Origin: Calditrichia bacterium
Lineage (GTDB): Bacteria; Calditrichota; Calditrichia; JAJRVZ01
Reading direction: 5' to 3'
Assembly: GCA_963796965.1 (NCBI GenBank)
Contig: CAWCNS010000003.1
Span: forward strand, 21,374 to 85,373
DNA length: 64,000 nucleotides
The notes under the pieces were generated by a model. The model had not been told where the DNA came from and ran no database searches. It saw only the letters and a list, made by a program, of their open reading frames with translations. Shown here piece by piece: positions 18,934-30,572 of this stretch (positions within the stretch are counted from its first letter, which is position 1; the number at the start of each line of letters is the position of its first letter). The translations under genes and the position numbers were made by a program.

Positions 18934-20346
18934 ATGACAAAATTAATTATCAAATCATTGGTGATAGGTATATTTTTTACATTCATCGCCTGTCAAAAAA
19001 GTACAGATCCTGGTGAGAACAACCTGGAGCTCGACGCATCGTTTGAAGAACAGGCCGCCGTAGGATGGGAAATTAATGATCTGGTCCTTAGCAGCAATGA
19101 AATTACAGAACTCACAGGAGATGCTAATTATATTGAAGATGATGATATCTCAGAATACACCAGCTTAATGAAACTTAAATCGGTGGGCAAAGAATTAACT
19201 ATGGTAGCTCAGGAATATCTGTTGGGAGAAAAATTATTCTTTAAACCTACCACAGACTCACTTATATATTTTCATGAGAATAAAGTTCTTGGAATCAGAG
19301 AGGCTCTCTTCTACAATTCTACAACTTCACTGGCAAGATTTTATCGGGTCAAGTATAAGTTTCTTTTGTTGAGAAATATTACTTATGACTCCACTCAAAT
19401 TGTATTTGATTTAAACCAAACACCCGATGATAATTCCGACGACTTACTTAAGAATATTTTTCATGAGCAATTGTTCAATGAATCTTTCTTTATTAATTTG
19501 GTTACCGAGACATTGGAAATCACCTCATATCAAGGAACAGAACCCTCTGCCTTTACCGCTGTTTCAGATGTTTACTATACCAATACCTTTATTGTAAGTC
19601 ATTTAAAGAGATCAATTGTAGTCAATGATGATGAGTCTGGAACACTCCGTGAAGATTCCTTTTTCAAGGATGGAACCTCCTCCTACAGAACGGTCACATT
19701 TAGATCTGATCAAAATGGAGAATTTGAAAAGCAATTCCGAGATGGCACGATGGTTTCGGGCACGTTCGATTCCGCAAAAGATGACCTGGAAGGCTACTTT
19801 ACAGAAACAATTGATTTTCCTGAAGGAAGATATCTGGATAAAATATTTAAATCAGCATCTGTTATAATTGAATTACCTGACTCAATATTTTCTGCTGCTT
19901 TTTCAAAAATCATATATTTCTCAGACAGTAGGATTGATTCTGCAAACATAGGGATAAAAGTACAAAATATAGATGGGCTCAAAACTACAACCCTTACGGC
20001 AAAAAAACCCAATGGTGCTTTTGGTACCCTAACCATATCCGAGTCTACCAGCGGAAGTTCCGTCACAGGAAATTGGACGACCTGGAATGAGTATTATATT
20101 TTGTTAAGAGCAGATTACTACCTGGATGGGTCAGCCCATATTCATTATGATGTCTATCAATCTGAAAGCACCTACTTAAATGGTGGTTCACCCCTATTGA
20201 CGGCTGATTATTACCTCTCTCCCGACCAGACTGGTGAAGGATTGTTGACCATAGATAACATCTTATATAAAATAAACTTTAAGCAATATGGAAAGGCAAT
20301 TGTTTCGAGGGATGGAAACTCAAAGGAGATAAATCTATATAGATGA
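18934..20346 (+). CDS. Predicted lipoprotein of unknown function (beta-rich)
   Basis: AAGGAG RBS; signal peptide ending FIAC (lipobox); 470 aa; no family recognised. Confidence 0.75.
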   Translation: MTKLIIKSLVIGIFFTFIACQKSTDPGENNLELDASFEEQAAVGWEINDLVLSSNEITELTGDANYIEDDDISEYTSLMKLKSVGKELTMVAQEYLLGEKLFFKPTTDSLIYFHENKVLGIREALFYNSTTSLARFYRVKYKFLLLRNITYDSTQIVFDLNQTPDDNSDDLLKNIFHEQLFNESFFINLVTETLEITSYQGTEPSAFTAVSDVYYTNTFIVSHLKRSIVVNDDESGTLREDSFFKDGTSSYRTVTFRSDQNGEFEKQFRDGTMVSGTFDSAKDDLEGYFTETIDFPEGRYLDKIFKSASVIIELPDSIFSAAFSKIIYFSDSRIDSANIGIKVQNIDGLKTTTLTAKKPNGAFGTLTISESTSGSSVTGNWTTWNEYYILLRADYYLDGSAHIHYDVYQSESTYLNGGSPLLTADYYLSPDQTGEGLLTIDNILYKINFKQYGKAIVSRDGNSKEINLYR

Positions 20347-20459
20347 CTCTTTACAGATCTTTCACTGAGGGGTAAATCAAGTTCATCGTGTATTGGATCT
20401 GTAACAGATTATTAAGAGTTTTTATAAAGAAGGCAACATATACCGATTGAGAATATAGA

Positions 20460-20553
20460 ATTGGCCACAGACTGACACTGTCTTTTATAAGATTAACTTT
20501 AATTCATTTATCCAATAAAATTCAGAGAAGTTCTTCGAAAGTCTGTGGCCAAT
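20460..20553. repeat. Perfect 14-bp inverted repeat enclosing 66 bp (REP/MITE-like or terminator)
   Basis: ATTGGCCACAGACT at 20460-20473 and AGTCTGTGGCCAAT at 20540-20553, between convergent genes. Confidence 0.7.
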
Positions 20554-20583
20554 ATAAATCTTCATAAGCCTTATTTACTATTT

Positions 20584-23009
20584 CTAACTATCCAGAACTT
20601 CCCGCACCTTTCTCAGCATCTCCAACGGTGTAAAGGGCTTTTGGATAAATAGAATATCGGGATCCAGAACATGACGCTCAGAAAACATTTCTTCTGAGTA
20701 TCCGGAGATAAACATCACTTTCATTTGGGGTTGAAGCGGTTTAAGTCTTTCAACCAATTCCTGACCATTCATTTGGGGCATAACCAAATCTGAAATAATT
20801 AGATCGATTTTTCCAGGATTTTTTTCACAGGTAAGAAGAGCGCTTCCGCCATGAGGAGATTCCAATACATTATAGCCATAAAACTTAAGAGATTCCATAA
20901 TTACTGTCTCACTTCACCCTGATCTTCAACCACCAGGATTGTCTCATCACCAGTGAGTTTATTATCTGCCACAGCTGCCTTCTTATCAGAGTCAAGAGGT
21001 CCGTCAACGCGAGGGAAATATAAATTAAACGTTGTACCTTTATTCGGCTCACTATCCACATAGATATAACCACCACTCTGTTTTATAATACCGTAAACGG
21101 TTGCCAATCCAAGTCCGGTTCCTTCTCCTTTATCTTTTGTCGTGAAAAAAGGCTCAAATATATGGGCCTGAGTTTCCTCATCCATCCCTAACCCTGTGTC
21201 AGATAAACTTATCCTCACATATCTACCCACTTCTGCTTCCGGATAGATTTTAATAAATTCCTCATCCAGGGTCACATTATGACTGTCAATAGCCATCTTT
21301 CCACCTTGCTTCATGGCATCACGGGCATTAACAGCCAGATTCATAATTACTTGTTCTATCTGTCCGCGATCAGCTTTTATCTTACCCAGACTTTTATTCA
21401 GATTTACATTAAATTCAATATCAGCACCTATCAACCGTTGTAACATATCTCTCATATCGTTTATCAGGTTATTAAGATCAATAACCCGGGGTTGCATAAT
21501 CTGCTTTCGACTAAATGCTAAAAGTTGGCGGGTTAGAGCTTCCGCACGACTGGCTGCATGATTAATCTGTTTAATTTGCTCTACAATGGGATCATTAACA
21601 TTAATCTTTGCCAACAGCAATTCACTATATCCCTGGATTACGGTTAGCAGATTGTTAAAGTCATGTGCAACACCACCAGCTAATTTTCCTATTGCCTCTA
21701 ATTTTTGTGATTGCTGTAGTTGCGTTTCAAGGTGTTTTCTATCGGTGATGTCAGTCGCGACACCAATCAACGCAATCGGATATCCACTTTGTTCATAAAT
21801 CACAGCTGTTGATAGATGTACCGGAAACTCTGATCCATCTTTTCTTTTATTTACAATCTCGCCTTTCCATCCACCTTTAAGTGATTCTGGAAGAATGTTT
21901 TTATATAGATCTTCTGAACTATCCGCCCCTCTAACGATTGAGATGGATTGACCCATCAATTCATTTCTCTTATAACCATAAGTATTACAGAACGCATCAT
22001 TTACAAAAGTGATTGTGTTTTCCAGATCCGTTACACATACAGATTCACTAATTGATCTCAAAGCCTGACCCAGAACAGTCATTTCATCTTCTGTCCTCTT
22101 CCTCTCTGTAATATCCCGGGCAATACCCTGCGTACCTAAAAATGTTTTTTCAAGAGGATGATCAGTTGCATAGATGCCTTCTGCTTCAAGAAGAAATACA
22201 GGTTGCATGGGCACAGCCTCAGAGCGGTCTTCAAAAAACACCGCTCGACCCTCTGCCGTCATCAGCCGTATCTCAAAAGACTTTGTTCTTCTTTCTCCTG
22301 TTCGCCTTTCATTAATCCTATAGACAGATTTCTCTTTATCCTCAGGATGGACCAAATCTAGTATATTCGTACCCAATAAATCCTCGGGTTTATAGCCGTA
22401 ACGTAGAACCGCATCACTAATAAATGTTATTTTACCCTTTGGATTTAACCTGTATATAACATCGGGAATCGACTTAAGAATAGAATCTAACCGTACTTCA
22501 GAGTCATGAAGCGCTTGTTCAATTTTCTCCCGGTCGGTAATATCTCTCGATACGACGATAATATTTTCAATATCTCCACTCAAACCACGAATTACATTCC
22601 CTTGTGATTCAATAAAGCGTATATCTCCATTTTCCGAGATCATTCTGTATTCGGCCCTCTGACCGCTACCACTCTTAATCGTATTGTCAAAAATAGATTT
22701 AATCTTCTCTTTATCATCTGGGTGGATTTCACGAAATGAATCAGTACCTTTTAATTTTTCTGGATCTCCAAGAATATTCGCATAGGATTTACTGTTATAT
22801 ACCCGTCGTCCTTTCAGATCCAGGATGGCAATTAAATCAGAGACATTTTCTGTGATCATTTGGAGAATCTGGTTTTTCTCATTGACTATCTCCAAATTTG
22901 ATCCTGATGTACTAAATCCAGACCTGGCTTCTAGTTGTTTCTCTAAGTCTTCAATTCTTGATATTAGTTCTCGCTTTGTCTTATTTATCACAACACACTC
23001 CAGACCCAA
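20584..23009 (-). CDS. Cytoplasmic hybrid histidine kinase (3 PAS-HisKA-HATPase-REC); REC domain split by a probable frameshift near 20900
   Basis: Three PAS/PAC units, GGVAHDFNNLL H-box, NLAVNARDAM, FEPFFTTK, GTGLGL. ILVVEDQGEVRQ* continues in ORF 20584..20898 (ISDLVMPQMNG, ISGYS, KPF). Confidence 0.9.
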
Positions 23010-23083
23010 TCGGGAAATTCATTTTCTATAAACTTTAAAATGGTTAACAACCAACATTAATGATAATACAACCCGCATATCTA

Positions 23084-23109
23084 TTATCGGTCTGTTTTAG
23101 AATTTTTAA
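23084..23109 (-). promoter_or_regulatory. Sigma28/SigD-like promoter motif upstream of the PAS kinase
   Basis: Minus strand TTAA-N14-ACCGATAA. Confidence 0.35.
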
Positions 23110-23158
23110 ATCTATATTATAAATATATATGTTGAATTTTTTGAACGGTGGGAAATAA

Positions 23159-23647
23159 TCAGTCCATTTTTATCAAGGTAGGATTTTGAATAAAACGTCC
23201 CCAATATCTGTTATACGTATGAATTTGATGTGTTTGGGTTGTATCCTTATAGAGCGGAAGACCTTGATTAGCCCAATTGAAGATGCCGCCGAAGAGATTT
23301 TTTACATTTTTATAACCATGTTCTTTAAGCATGATCCCAATCTTGCTGCTTCGATAACCTACGGAACAATAAACGACAATCTCATCTTCCTGGTCAATAC
23401 CTTCAAGACGTGCGAGATCAAAATCATCATACCCAACCCATATTGCTGATTCGATTCTGGAAATGCTATACTCCTCAATTTCACGGGTATCCAATAATAT
23501 TACTGCTTTAGTATTAAGAGAATCTGATTCAATCTGCTCTATCTCAAAATCACGTGCTAGTTCCTGCAAATAGGTTTCAAATTCATTATCGATCTGTCCA
23601 TACGCATAAACTGCCAAAACAAGCAGATTTAATAAAATTTTAGGCAT
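23159..23647 (-). CDS. Exported rhodanese-like domain protein (start reassigned to ATG 23647)
   Basis: MPKILLNLLVLAVYAYG signal, LLDTRE..EY, VVYCSVGYRS, NLFGGIFNW. Confidence 0.85.
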   Translation of the reverse strand: MPKILLNLLVLAVYAYGQIDNEFETYLQELARDFEIEQIESDSLNTKAVILLDTREIEEYSISRIESAIWVGYDDFDLARLEGIDQEDEIVVYCSVGYRSSKIGIMLKEHGYKNVKNLFGGIFNWANQGLPLYKDTTQTHQIHTYNRYWGRFIQNPTLIKMD

Positions 23648-23861
23648 CTTTCTGTGCCCTTTGCTTCCTAATTCCAATAAAAATAAATGCAGCAGGTAAA
23701 ACTGCATGCAAAACCAAATCGAAAACATCCATCCCTGAAAAAGTTGACCAAAATTCATATTCCGGATGTGAAAAATAATCCCATAGCATACCTAATTTTT
23801 GTTTGAGATGTGGATGGAAAATAAGAGCTGCCCCTATCAGATAAAAAATCCAGTAACTCAT
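23640..23861 (-). CDS. Small hypothetical membrane protein
   Basis: Two hydrophobic segments with PHL..KL and DVFDLVLH; tightly packed between the U32 and rhodanese genes. Confidence 0.65.
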   Translation of the reverse strand: MSYWIFYLIGAALIFHPHLKQKLGMLWDYFSHPEYEFWSTFSGMDVFDLVLHAVLPAAFIFIGIRKQRAQKDA

Positions 23862-23864
23862 TAC

Positions 23865-25211
23865 TTATACCTCTAAATTTTTAATTTTATTCTCAAGTGA
23901 TTTCTCCTCAGTGATACCGATTCGTTTACGAATTAGAGAATATTTGTCAATATCCTCCGGAACCCGAATACAAACATCTATCCCACCCCCATGAGCTACT
24001 GTTATAGATTTTCCGGCCTCAGTTGAAAGATTTTCTATAATAAATGACGTTGTGCCTGAAGGGTGAACGGCTTCAACTCTTTCTCCGACTTCAATCCGGT
24101 TTCGGACCGATATGACAGCCATACCATTTTCAGGATTATAGCTTTTTATCTTTGCACAGAATTTAAAGGTTTGTATATCGGAACTGCCTGATTCAAAATT
24201 TTCTCCAAATTGGCGGGGATTTTTTTCCAGAAAACCTGTAATATAGCCTCGATTGGCCACAGTAAACATTTCTTGCTCAAGGTCCTTATCAAAGGGCTTG
24301 CCATTCTTTAAGTCATCGATTGCCTTACGATAGGCACGGGTAATAATACTTAGATAATAAATCGATTTACTCCGACCCTCAATTTTAAAACTGTCTACAC
24401 CTGCTTCGGCCAAACGGTCGAGAAGTGTGATGGTACATAGATCTTTCGCATTCATGATATAAGTACCATTTTCATCTTCATCAACAGGGAGGAACTGTCC
24501 GGGACGCTCATTCTCTTCCAAATAATAATTATCTTCTAAAGGTTCATAATGAGTTTCATCGGGGAAATCTTTTCCTGTATATATCTTATAATTCCAGCGA
24601 CAACTATGCGTGCAAGTACCCTGATTAGGATCACGGTGAGTAAAATAGTTTGATAGAAGACACCTACCGGAATAGGCAACACAAATAGCCCCGTGGACAA
24701 AAGATTCCAGTTCGATATCAGGTACCCGCTGTCTGATCTCAGCTATCTCATCTATCGAAAGCTCCCTTGACAGGATAATACGGCTTACACCCTGCTCGCG
24801 CCAAAATTTCACTGAGGCCCAGTTAACTGTATTGGCCTGCGTGGATAAGTGCAATGGTATCGAAGGACAATATTTTTTACTCATATAGATAATTCCCGGG
24901 TCAGAAACAATGATCGCATCAGGCTTTAAATGAGCCATCCATTCCAGGGATTCCTTGAAAGAATCTAATTTTCGATTATGAGGAAAGATATTAAGTGTAA
25001 GATAGATCTTCTTATCATATTTTCGGGAGAGTGTAATTGCTTCCTCAACAAGTGCATTGTCAAAATCGTTTTCCCGTGCACGGAGAGAGAACCGTGGCAC
25101 ACCGGCATAAACAGCATCTGCCCCATAAGCAAACGCATAATTTAGCTTCTCAAGATCTCCTGCCGGGGCAAGTAGTTCTATGTTTTTACCCATTGATTTC
25201 CTTTCCATCAA
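23865..25211 (-). CDS. Peptidase U32-family Fe-S protein, probable tRNA U34 hydroxylase (TrhP/YegQ type)
   Basis: ELLAPAG, GADAVYAG, HLSTQANT, HGAICVAYSGRC, QGTCTHSCRW, SFKIEGRSKS; C-terminal beta domain. Confidence 0.88.
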   Translation of the reverse strand: MMERKSMGKNIELLAPAGDLEKLNYAFAYGADAVYAGVPRFSLRARENDFDNALVEEAITLSRKYDKKIYLTLNIFPHNRKLDSFKESLEWMAHLKPDAIIVSDPGIIYMSKKYCPSIPLHLSTQANTVNWASVKFWREQGVSRIILSRELSIDEIAEIRQRVPDIELESFVHGAICVAYSGRCLLSNYFTHRDPNQGTCTHSCRWNYKIYTGKDFPDETHYEPLEDNYYLEENERPGQFLPVDEDENGTYIMNAKDLCTITLLDRLAEAGVDSFKIEGRSKSIYYLSIITRAYRKAIDDLKNGKPFDKDLEQEMFTVANRGYITGFLEKNPRQFGENFESGSSDIQTFKFCAKIKSYNPENGMAVISVRNRIEVGERVEAVHPSGTTSFIIENLSTEAGKSITVAHGGGIDVCIRVPEDIDKYSLIRKRIGITEEKSLENKIKNLEV

Positions 25212-25335
25212 TTCTCAAATATAGCAAGGAATCAGGGGCATACCAAGACAATAACATTCTTCCACTTATAATTTCTTCATTCTTTTTCACTTGAATTCTA
25301 TAGATCCACCATATATATTAAATTCAAATGATTAG

Positions 25336-26778
25336 ATGGCAGATATTATGAATCAAAAATTTACTGATCTAAGTTTTCTTAGTACCTCGGATAATCGCCT
25401 GGTCTATATTCTGGATACAAATGTCGTTCTCCACGAACCTGCTTCCATCTTCCGCTTTGAAGAACATTTTGTTTTAATCCCTTTTAGTGTAATTGAGGAA
25501 ATTGATGCTAAAAAAAGTGATGCTGGCATCGGCTACAATTCACGGGATATCAGTCAAAAGCTGGAGATGTTGAGTGCGCGCCAAGAAGATGATACACCGG
25601 TTTCAATACCAAATGGAAAAAATGGGCAATTGGCATTTATAGCGGGTTATGTTTCAGATCTTATCCCAAAAGAAATGGATCTTGGGTACCGGGACAATCT
25701 GATGGTGGCACAAGTACTGGGCTTGAAAGATTCATATCCACATAGAGAATTTATTTTTGTTACTAAGGATCGCAATCTGCGAATTAAATGCATGGCTCTG
25801 GGGATAAATACAGAAGACTATAAACATGATCAGATCAGCGAGGAATACCTGGCCAGTTTTTTTCAGAAAACACAGGAAGTAAATTTAAGTGTCGAAGAAA
25901 TAAACGATGTTTTTACAACAAAGGACCGAAATAAATGGAATGTACCCTATCGCAAGAAGTGGCGACTGCGTGAAAATGAAGGCGTTGTTCTATATGATCC
26001 AAGTGGAGATTTATTCGGCCTTGGAATTCGTAAAGGTGATCGTCTCACTTATCTCGATTATCATGCCATAAAGGTATTAGGTATGCCTCCAAAAGTACTG
26101 GATGATGAAAATTATACCTATAATTTTGAACAGGCCATTTGTATGCAGCAGGCGATGGATGACGAAATAAAAGTGCAGATAATTATTGGTAGGGCTGGAA
26201 CTGGTAAAACTCATATTGCTATGGCTGCAGCCTTGGAGAAAGTATTCAAAGAAAAAAAGTACGAGACTATAAAATTAATCAAGCCTATTGTCACCAAAAG
26301 CCGTTTGGGGGAGGATATTGGATTTCTCCCTGGATCTCTCAGACGAAAATTGATTCCAAAAATGCGGCCATTTATAGAGAAATTACGCCAATTTAGTGAT
26401 GATGATTCTCTCGAGAATGAAACCGGTTACCAAAAGCTGTTGGACTCTGGCATTGTTGAATTAATAAATCTGGCCGATGTTCGTGGTGCAGACCTTTCCG
26501 GTTCATTTATCATTTTTGACGAAGCACAAAATGCAAATCCTTTCCAAATGCGAACGCTTGGTACCCGACTGGGTGAAAATACAAAATTAATTGTATTGGG
26601 TGATCCTACCCAAATCGATAGTATCTACTTAGATAAGTACTCCAACGCATTAATCAATTTATATCTAAATGCCATCAATCACCCCGAACCATTTCTTGCC
26701 CAGGTTTGTCTTATCCAAATGGTCCGTTCTCATACCTCGCGCTGGTTTGAAGAAGTTATCCAATCTGATAGACATTAA
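25336..26778 (+). CDS. PhoH-family protein with N-terminal PIN nuclease domain (PhoH2/YlaK type)
   Basis: ILDTNVVLH, VTKDRNLRIK, GRAGTGKT, IGFLPG, DEAQN, GDPTQID. Confidence 0.92.
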   Translation: MADIMNQKFTDLSFLSTSDNRLVYILDTNVVLHEPASIFRFEEHFVLIPFSVIEEIDAKKSDAGIGYNSRDISQKLEMLSARQEDDTPVSIPNGKNGQLAFIAGYVSDLIPKEMDLGYRDNLMVAQVLGLKDSYPHREFIFVTKDRNLRIKCMALGINTEDYKHDQISEEYLASFFQKTQEVNLSVEEINDVFTTKDRNKWNVPYRKKWRLRENEGVVLYDPSGDLFGLGIRKGDRLTYLDYHAIKVLGMPPKVLDDENYTYNFEQAICMQQAMDDEIKVQIIIGRAGTGKTHIAMAAALEKVFKEKKYETIKLIKPIVTKSRLGEDIGFLPGSLRRKLIPKMRPFIEKLRQFSDDDSLENETGYQKLLDSGIVELINLADVRGADLSGSFIIFDEAQNANPFQMRTLGTRLGENTKLIVLGDPTQIDSIYLDKYSNALINLYLNAINHPEPFLAQVCLIQMVRSHTSRWFEEVIQSDRH

Positions 26779-26828
26779 TATAATTAAATTAAACCAGGAC
26801 CACATTTAATCTCAAGAAAGATCCGATA

Positions 26829-27912
26829 TTGGACAATAAGTCCCTGCAACAAAGACTTAATTGCCTGGTTTGATAAGAATAAGAGAATACTCCCCTGGCG
26901 GGGATCACCTGATTGGTATCATGTTTGGATTTCTGAGGTGATGCTTCAGCAGACACAGGTTGAACAGGTCATTCCCTATTTCATTCGTTTTATGGATATA
27001 TTTAAAAATGTTGATCAACTGGCTAATGCAGCGGAAGAACAAATTCTCAAAGTTTGGGAGGGATTAGGTTATTATTCCCGTGCAAGAAATCTTCACCAGT
27101 CTGCCAAGATTATAGTTAACGACTTTCAATCAGAAATTCCCCGGAGCTGGGAAGATCTCAAAAAATTACCCGGATTTGGACCTTACACCACGAACGCTGT
27201 TCTAAGTATCGCCTTCAATCAATCCTATGGGGTAGTGGATGGTAATGTTAAAAGGGTAATTACCAGACTTTTCGCATTAAAAGATAATATTCGTAAACCC
27301 GCCACACACAAAAAAGTCCAGATACTTATGGATTCTCTTCTACCTTCTGGAAATTCAGCCCGATTCAACGAGGCGATGATGGAGTTAGGAGCACTGGTTT
27401 GCCAGCCTATAAAGCCAGGATGCACCACGTGTCCCATAAATATTAACTGTGATGCTTTTCAGCAGGGAGCAGTTCATAAATTTCCCGTCAAATCTAAAAA
27501 AAGTAAAATCCCTACCCGTGAATCGGTTGCTTTCATATTACACAGTAGAGGCGAATACCTCTTGGCTAAACGTCGATCGGAAAGTATGCTGGGGGGGTTA
27601 TGGGAATTCCCAACCCGCCATGTACCTGATGGAAGTACGGTTAAATCTATTGAGAAAGATTTTCTTTCAGAATTTAATTCAGGTAAAACGACAAGAAATA
27701 AGCATTGGCCACCAATTAACCATACCTATACACATTTTAAACTGATACTTCATCCAATATTACTGCTCAATGCACGGGAAGATATTAGATGCGATGGATA
27801 TGAGGAAACAACCTGGAAGTCTCTAAGGGAGATCAAAAAATTACCCATGCACAGAGCGATTTGGAAAGTATTGGAAAAAGTTGAACAAGATCTAATAGCT
27901 ATAACCGATTGA
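26829..27912 (+). CDS. mutY: A/G-specific adenine glycosylase MutY; N-terminus extends upstream of the listed ORF, probable extra base near 26853
   Basis: In-frame upstream text DLIAWFDKNKRILPWRGSPDWYHVWISEVMLQQT; WEGLGYYSRARN, LPGFGPYT, VDGNV, CxxxxPxCxxCPxxxxC, GGLWEFP. Likely TTG start at 26829 lies one base out of frame. Confidence 0.92.
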
Positions 27913-30558
27913 GAGATACCAGACATTTGATTTATGGCTTGTATCGCCATATCCAATAAATAACGGTCCAAGAATTGTATTAATACCTAACCAACCACCC
28001 ATCCCTGAAAAGAAGTCATCTCCCTTCATCACCAAATCTGGTGTTTCCCAAATTGCACCAATATCATAGCGTACAGCAAGATAAATATCTGAGATGATCT
28101 GAACAGGGAGTAAGTATCTGTATTCCAGGTTTGCTTTTATCACCTGCCGGCCAAAGAGTTCGTACTCATGTAATCCCATAAAATCATGGAGCCCTCCAAT
28201 GCGAAACCATTCGGAGAAAGGAACGGTGAGGTCACCGATACCGATAGTGCCTGTAAAGTGAAAGGTATGTCTGTCCCAATAGGTATAATACCCCCCAAGA
28301 TTTACATACGCTTTTGTATATTTCTCCTGACCTTGTGCAATTTGTTCATTTGCAGTTTCCCAGAACCAAACATTATAGACTCCTGATGTTGGAAATGCAA
28401 TATTATCTCGTCCATCCGCAACTGACTTTATTGATAACGTTCGTAATTCACTATTCTGTGAGACTCTTTCCTTTTGATCATTTGTGAGATCACCAGAATA
28501 GGGTGAATCTTTTACATTTTCGACCCGAAGATCGATTGAAATTTGCCCTAATTTTTGCAACTGAAGGCCGATGCCAAGTTTAACCCCGCTCCTCAATTCA
28601 TTATATTCACCCGACAAATCATTTTTCTGGTATATAGGAAATAATTTCCAATCATAGTATGCCTGAAAATTCATGGTTAAAAGCGTTTCAAAAATTCTGT
28701 CCACGCGATATTGAATACCCAGCCTGCGGTCCATTTCACCATAACGGCCGTTCAAATATAGTTTATATGCATTTCCTAAAAAATTTTCAGTACCCCATTC
28801 TGCATACACTTGTGCTCCGCGCTCTGAGCCGATTTTACCCCCAAGCCTTAACACAAACGGTTTTTTTTCTACCACTTTAATTGTAATTAAATAGTTTTTA
28901 TCTTTGAGGTCTACATTAACACTAACCTTATCAAACAGTTGGGAATTATAGATATTATCAATTCCTTGTTTTACTAAATGTGAATTATAAATATCCCCTC
29001 TATCAAGCGGAAATTCACGTAAAATTACAAAATCATGGGTAATCTCATTTCCCAGGATATTAATTTGGTGTATCCTTCCCTCATCTATATTTAAGAGAAG
29101 GTGCCCTGTCTCTTGGTTAAAATCGATTTTTCTAAATCGTACTAATTTATAACCTCTATTTCGGTAATGGGACTTTATATCGTTTAAACCTCTTTGTAAC
29201 TGAGAATAGTTAAGTGGTTGACTAATCTGATCGCTCAGGTAATCCTCAAACAATGAATCTTTGAATAATGTTTCACCCTCTATCTCTACCTTGATCAATG
29301 CCTTGTTTTCGCTGAGAGAATATCTGAGTACTCTCTTTTTATCTACTGTATCTATCGAAGCATTTACATTATGAAAGCTAGTCAGGGAAAAAATGCCATC
29401 AATATCGTTTTGGATCTGTGACAATGAAATGGGGTTACTACTTCCACCAAAAAGCCGAAAGTCCTTCGAGGATTTATTTGACGTACCGGCAAAATTTAAA
29501 ATAAATTCATCATATTGATAATAGATTTCAGATTTAGGTGTGAGATTCGCATCGGTAAGTTCAAATAAACTAACCACTTGTTCATCTACGGCTTTCTCAC
29601 CCTCAATAATCATACGATCAATTTCTTCAAATTCAGTACTTCCTATCCTCCCCAGATTAGGCTGAATTACCAGATCCGCAAGCTGCATCTGCTCTTTGTT
29701 TGTAGACTGCATCATAATAGAGGTAACTTGATCAGCAATTTCCCATGGTGCTGCAAGCTCATGCCGCTCCCGAAGTGGGGCAGTACTATTTACCACAATT
29801 ACAACATCCATTCCTAAAGCACGGGTAGCATCTACAGCGAAATTTGCTGAAAGCCCGCCATCTACAAGAAGCATACTATCCCACACTACAGGTGAGAACA
29901 ACAATGGTACGGCAATGCTTGCATTTATAGCCTCTGCCAGATCTCCCTTACCTATTACAACTCTTTGACCGGATATCAAGTCTGTAGAGATTGCACGGAA
30001 AGGTATTTCCAGATCATCAAAATCATATACAGCCGGGAAGTTAGTATTATAAAGTTCATCATTTATTAGAGTCAATATCTTTTGACCCGAGGTAAGACTG
30101 GTGGGAATAAATGCATTAATACCATCAAAACGAACATTAACAATGTACCGATCGTTAGTAGCCTTTTGTCCTACAAATAAATTTTGTCTTTCTGTATAAT
30201 CACTGAAAATAATATCCCAATTTATATTCTTCATCGATTGTTCCAGCTGATCCACACTTAGCCCGGCAGCGTAGTATCCACCAACAACTGAGCCGATGCT
30301 TGTTCCCACTATTAAATCAATCGGAATATTATACTTCTCGAAACCCCTGAGAACACCGATATGAGAGATCCCTCTCGCGCCCCCTCCGGACAGCACCAGG
30401 CCAATTTTTGGTCTGGTCTTGCCCTCGACTAATAGGTCCCTTGTAAGGACAGAAGAGACATCTGATTTTTGCCGCTCATAGATAATCTGTCCATATAGTT
30501 GGGGGACAAAGAGACAAACGAAGTACAAAATGAGATATTTTCGTAGTAATAATTGCAA
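27892..30558 (-). CDS. Patatin-like phospholipase fused to POTRA domains and an Omp85 barrel (PlpD/type Vd-like)
   Basis: Signal peptide; LSGGGARG, GTSIG and DGG patatin motifs; POTRA-like IDEGRI..INILGN..T; beta-barrel ending YLSIGYSY. Confidence 0.9.
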   Translation of the reverse strand: MQLLLRKYLILYFVCLFVPQLYGQIIYERQKSDVSSVLTRDLLVEGKTRPKIGLVLSGGGARGISHIGVLRGFEKYNIPIDLIVGTSIGSVVGGYYAAGLSVDQLEQSMKNINWDIIFSDYTERQNLFVGQKATNDRYIVNVRFDGINAFIPTSLTSGQKILTLINDELYNTNFPAVYDFDDLEIPFRAISTDLISGQRVVIGKGDLAEAINASIAVPLLFSPVVWDSMLLVDGGLSANFAVDATRALGMDVVIVVNSTAPLRERHELAAPWEIADQVTSIMMQSTNKEQMQLADLVIQPNLGRIGSTEFEEIDRMIIEGEKAVDEQVVSLFELTDANLTPKSEIYYQYDEFILNFAGTSNKSSKDFRLFGGSSNPISLSQIQNDIDGIFSLTSFHNVNASIDTVDKKRVLRYSLSENKALIKVEIEGETLFKDSLFEDYLSDQISQPLNYSQLQRGLNDIKSHYRNRGYKLVRFRKIDFNQETGHLLLNIDEGRIHQINILGNEITHDFVILREFPLDRGDIYNSHLVKQGIDNIYNSQLFDKVSVNVDLKDKNYLITIKVVEKKPFVLRLGGKIGSERGAQVYAEWGTENFLGNAYKLYLNGRYGEMDRRLGIQYRVDRIFETLLTMNFQAYYDWKLFPIYQKNDLSGEYNELRSGVKLGIGLQLQKLGQISIDLRVENVKDSPYSGDLTNDQKERVSQNSELRTLSIKSVADGRDNIAFPTSGVYNVWFWETANEQIAQGQEKYTKAYVNLGGYYTYWDRHTFHFTGTIGIGDLTVPFSEWFRIGGLHDFMGLHEYELFGRQVIKANLEYRYLLPVQIISDIYLAVRYDIGAIWETPDLVMKGDDFFSGMGGWLGINTILGPLFIGYGDTSHKSNVWYLSIGYSY

Positions 30559-30572
30559 TGGTTTTCCAGAAA

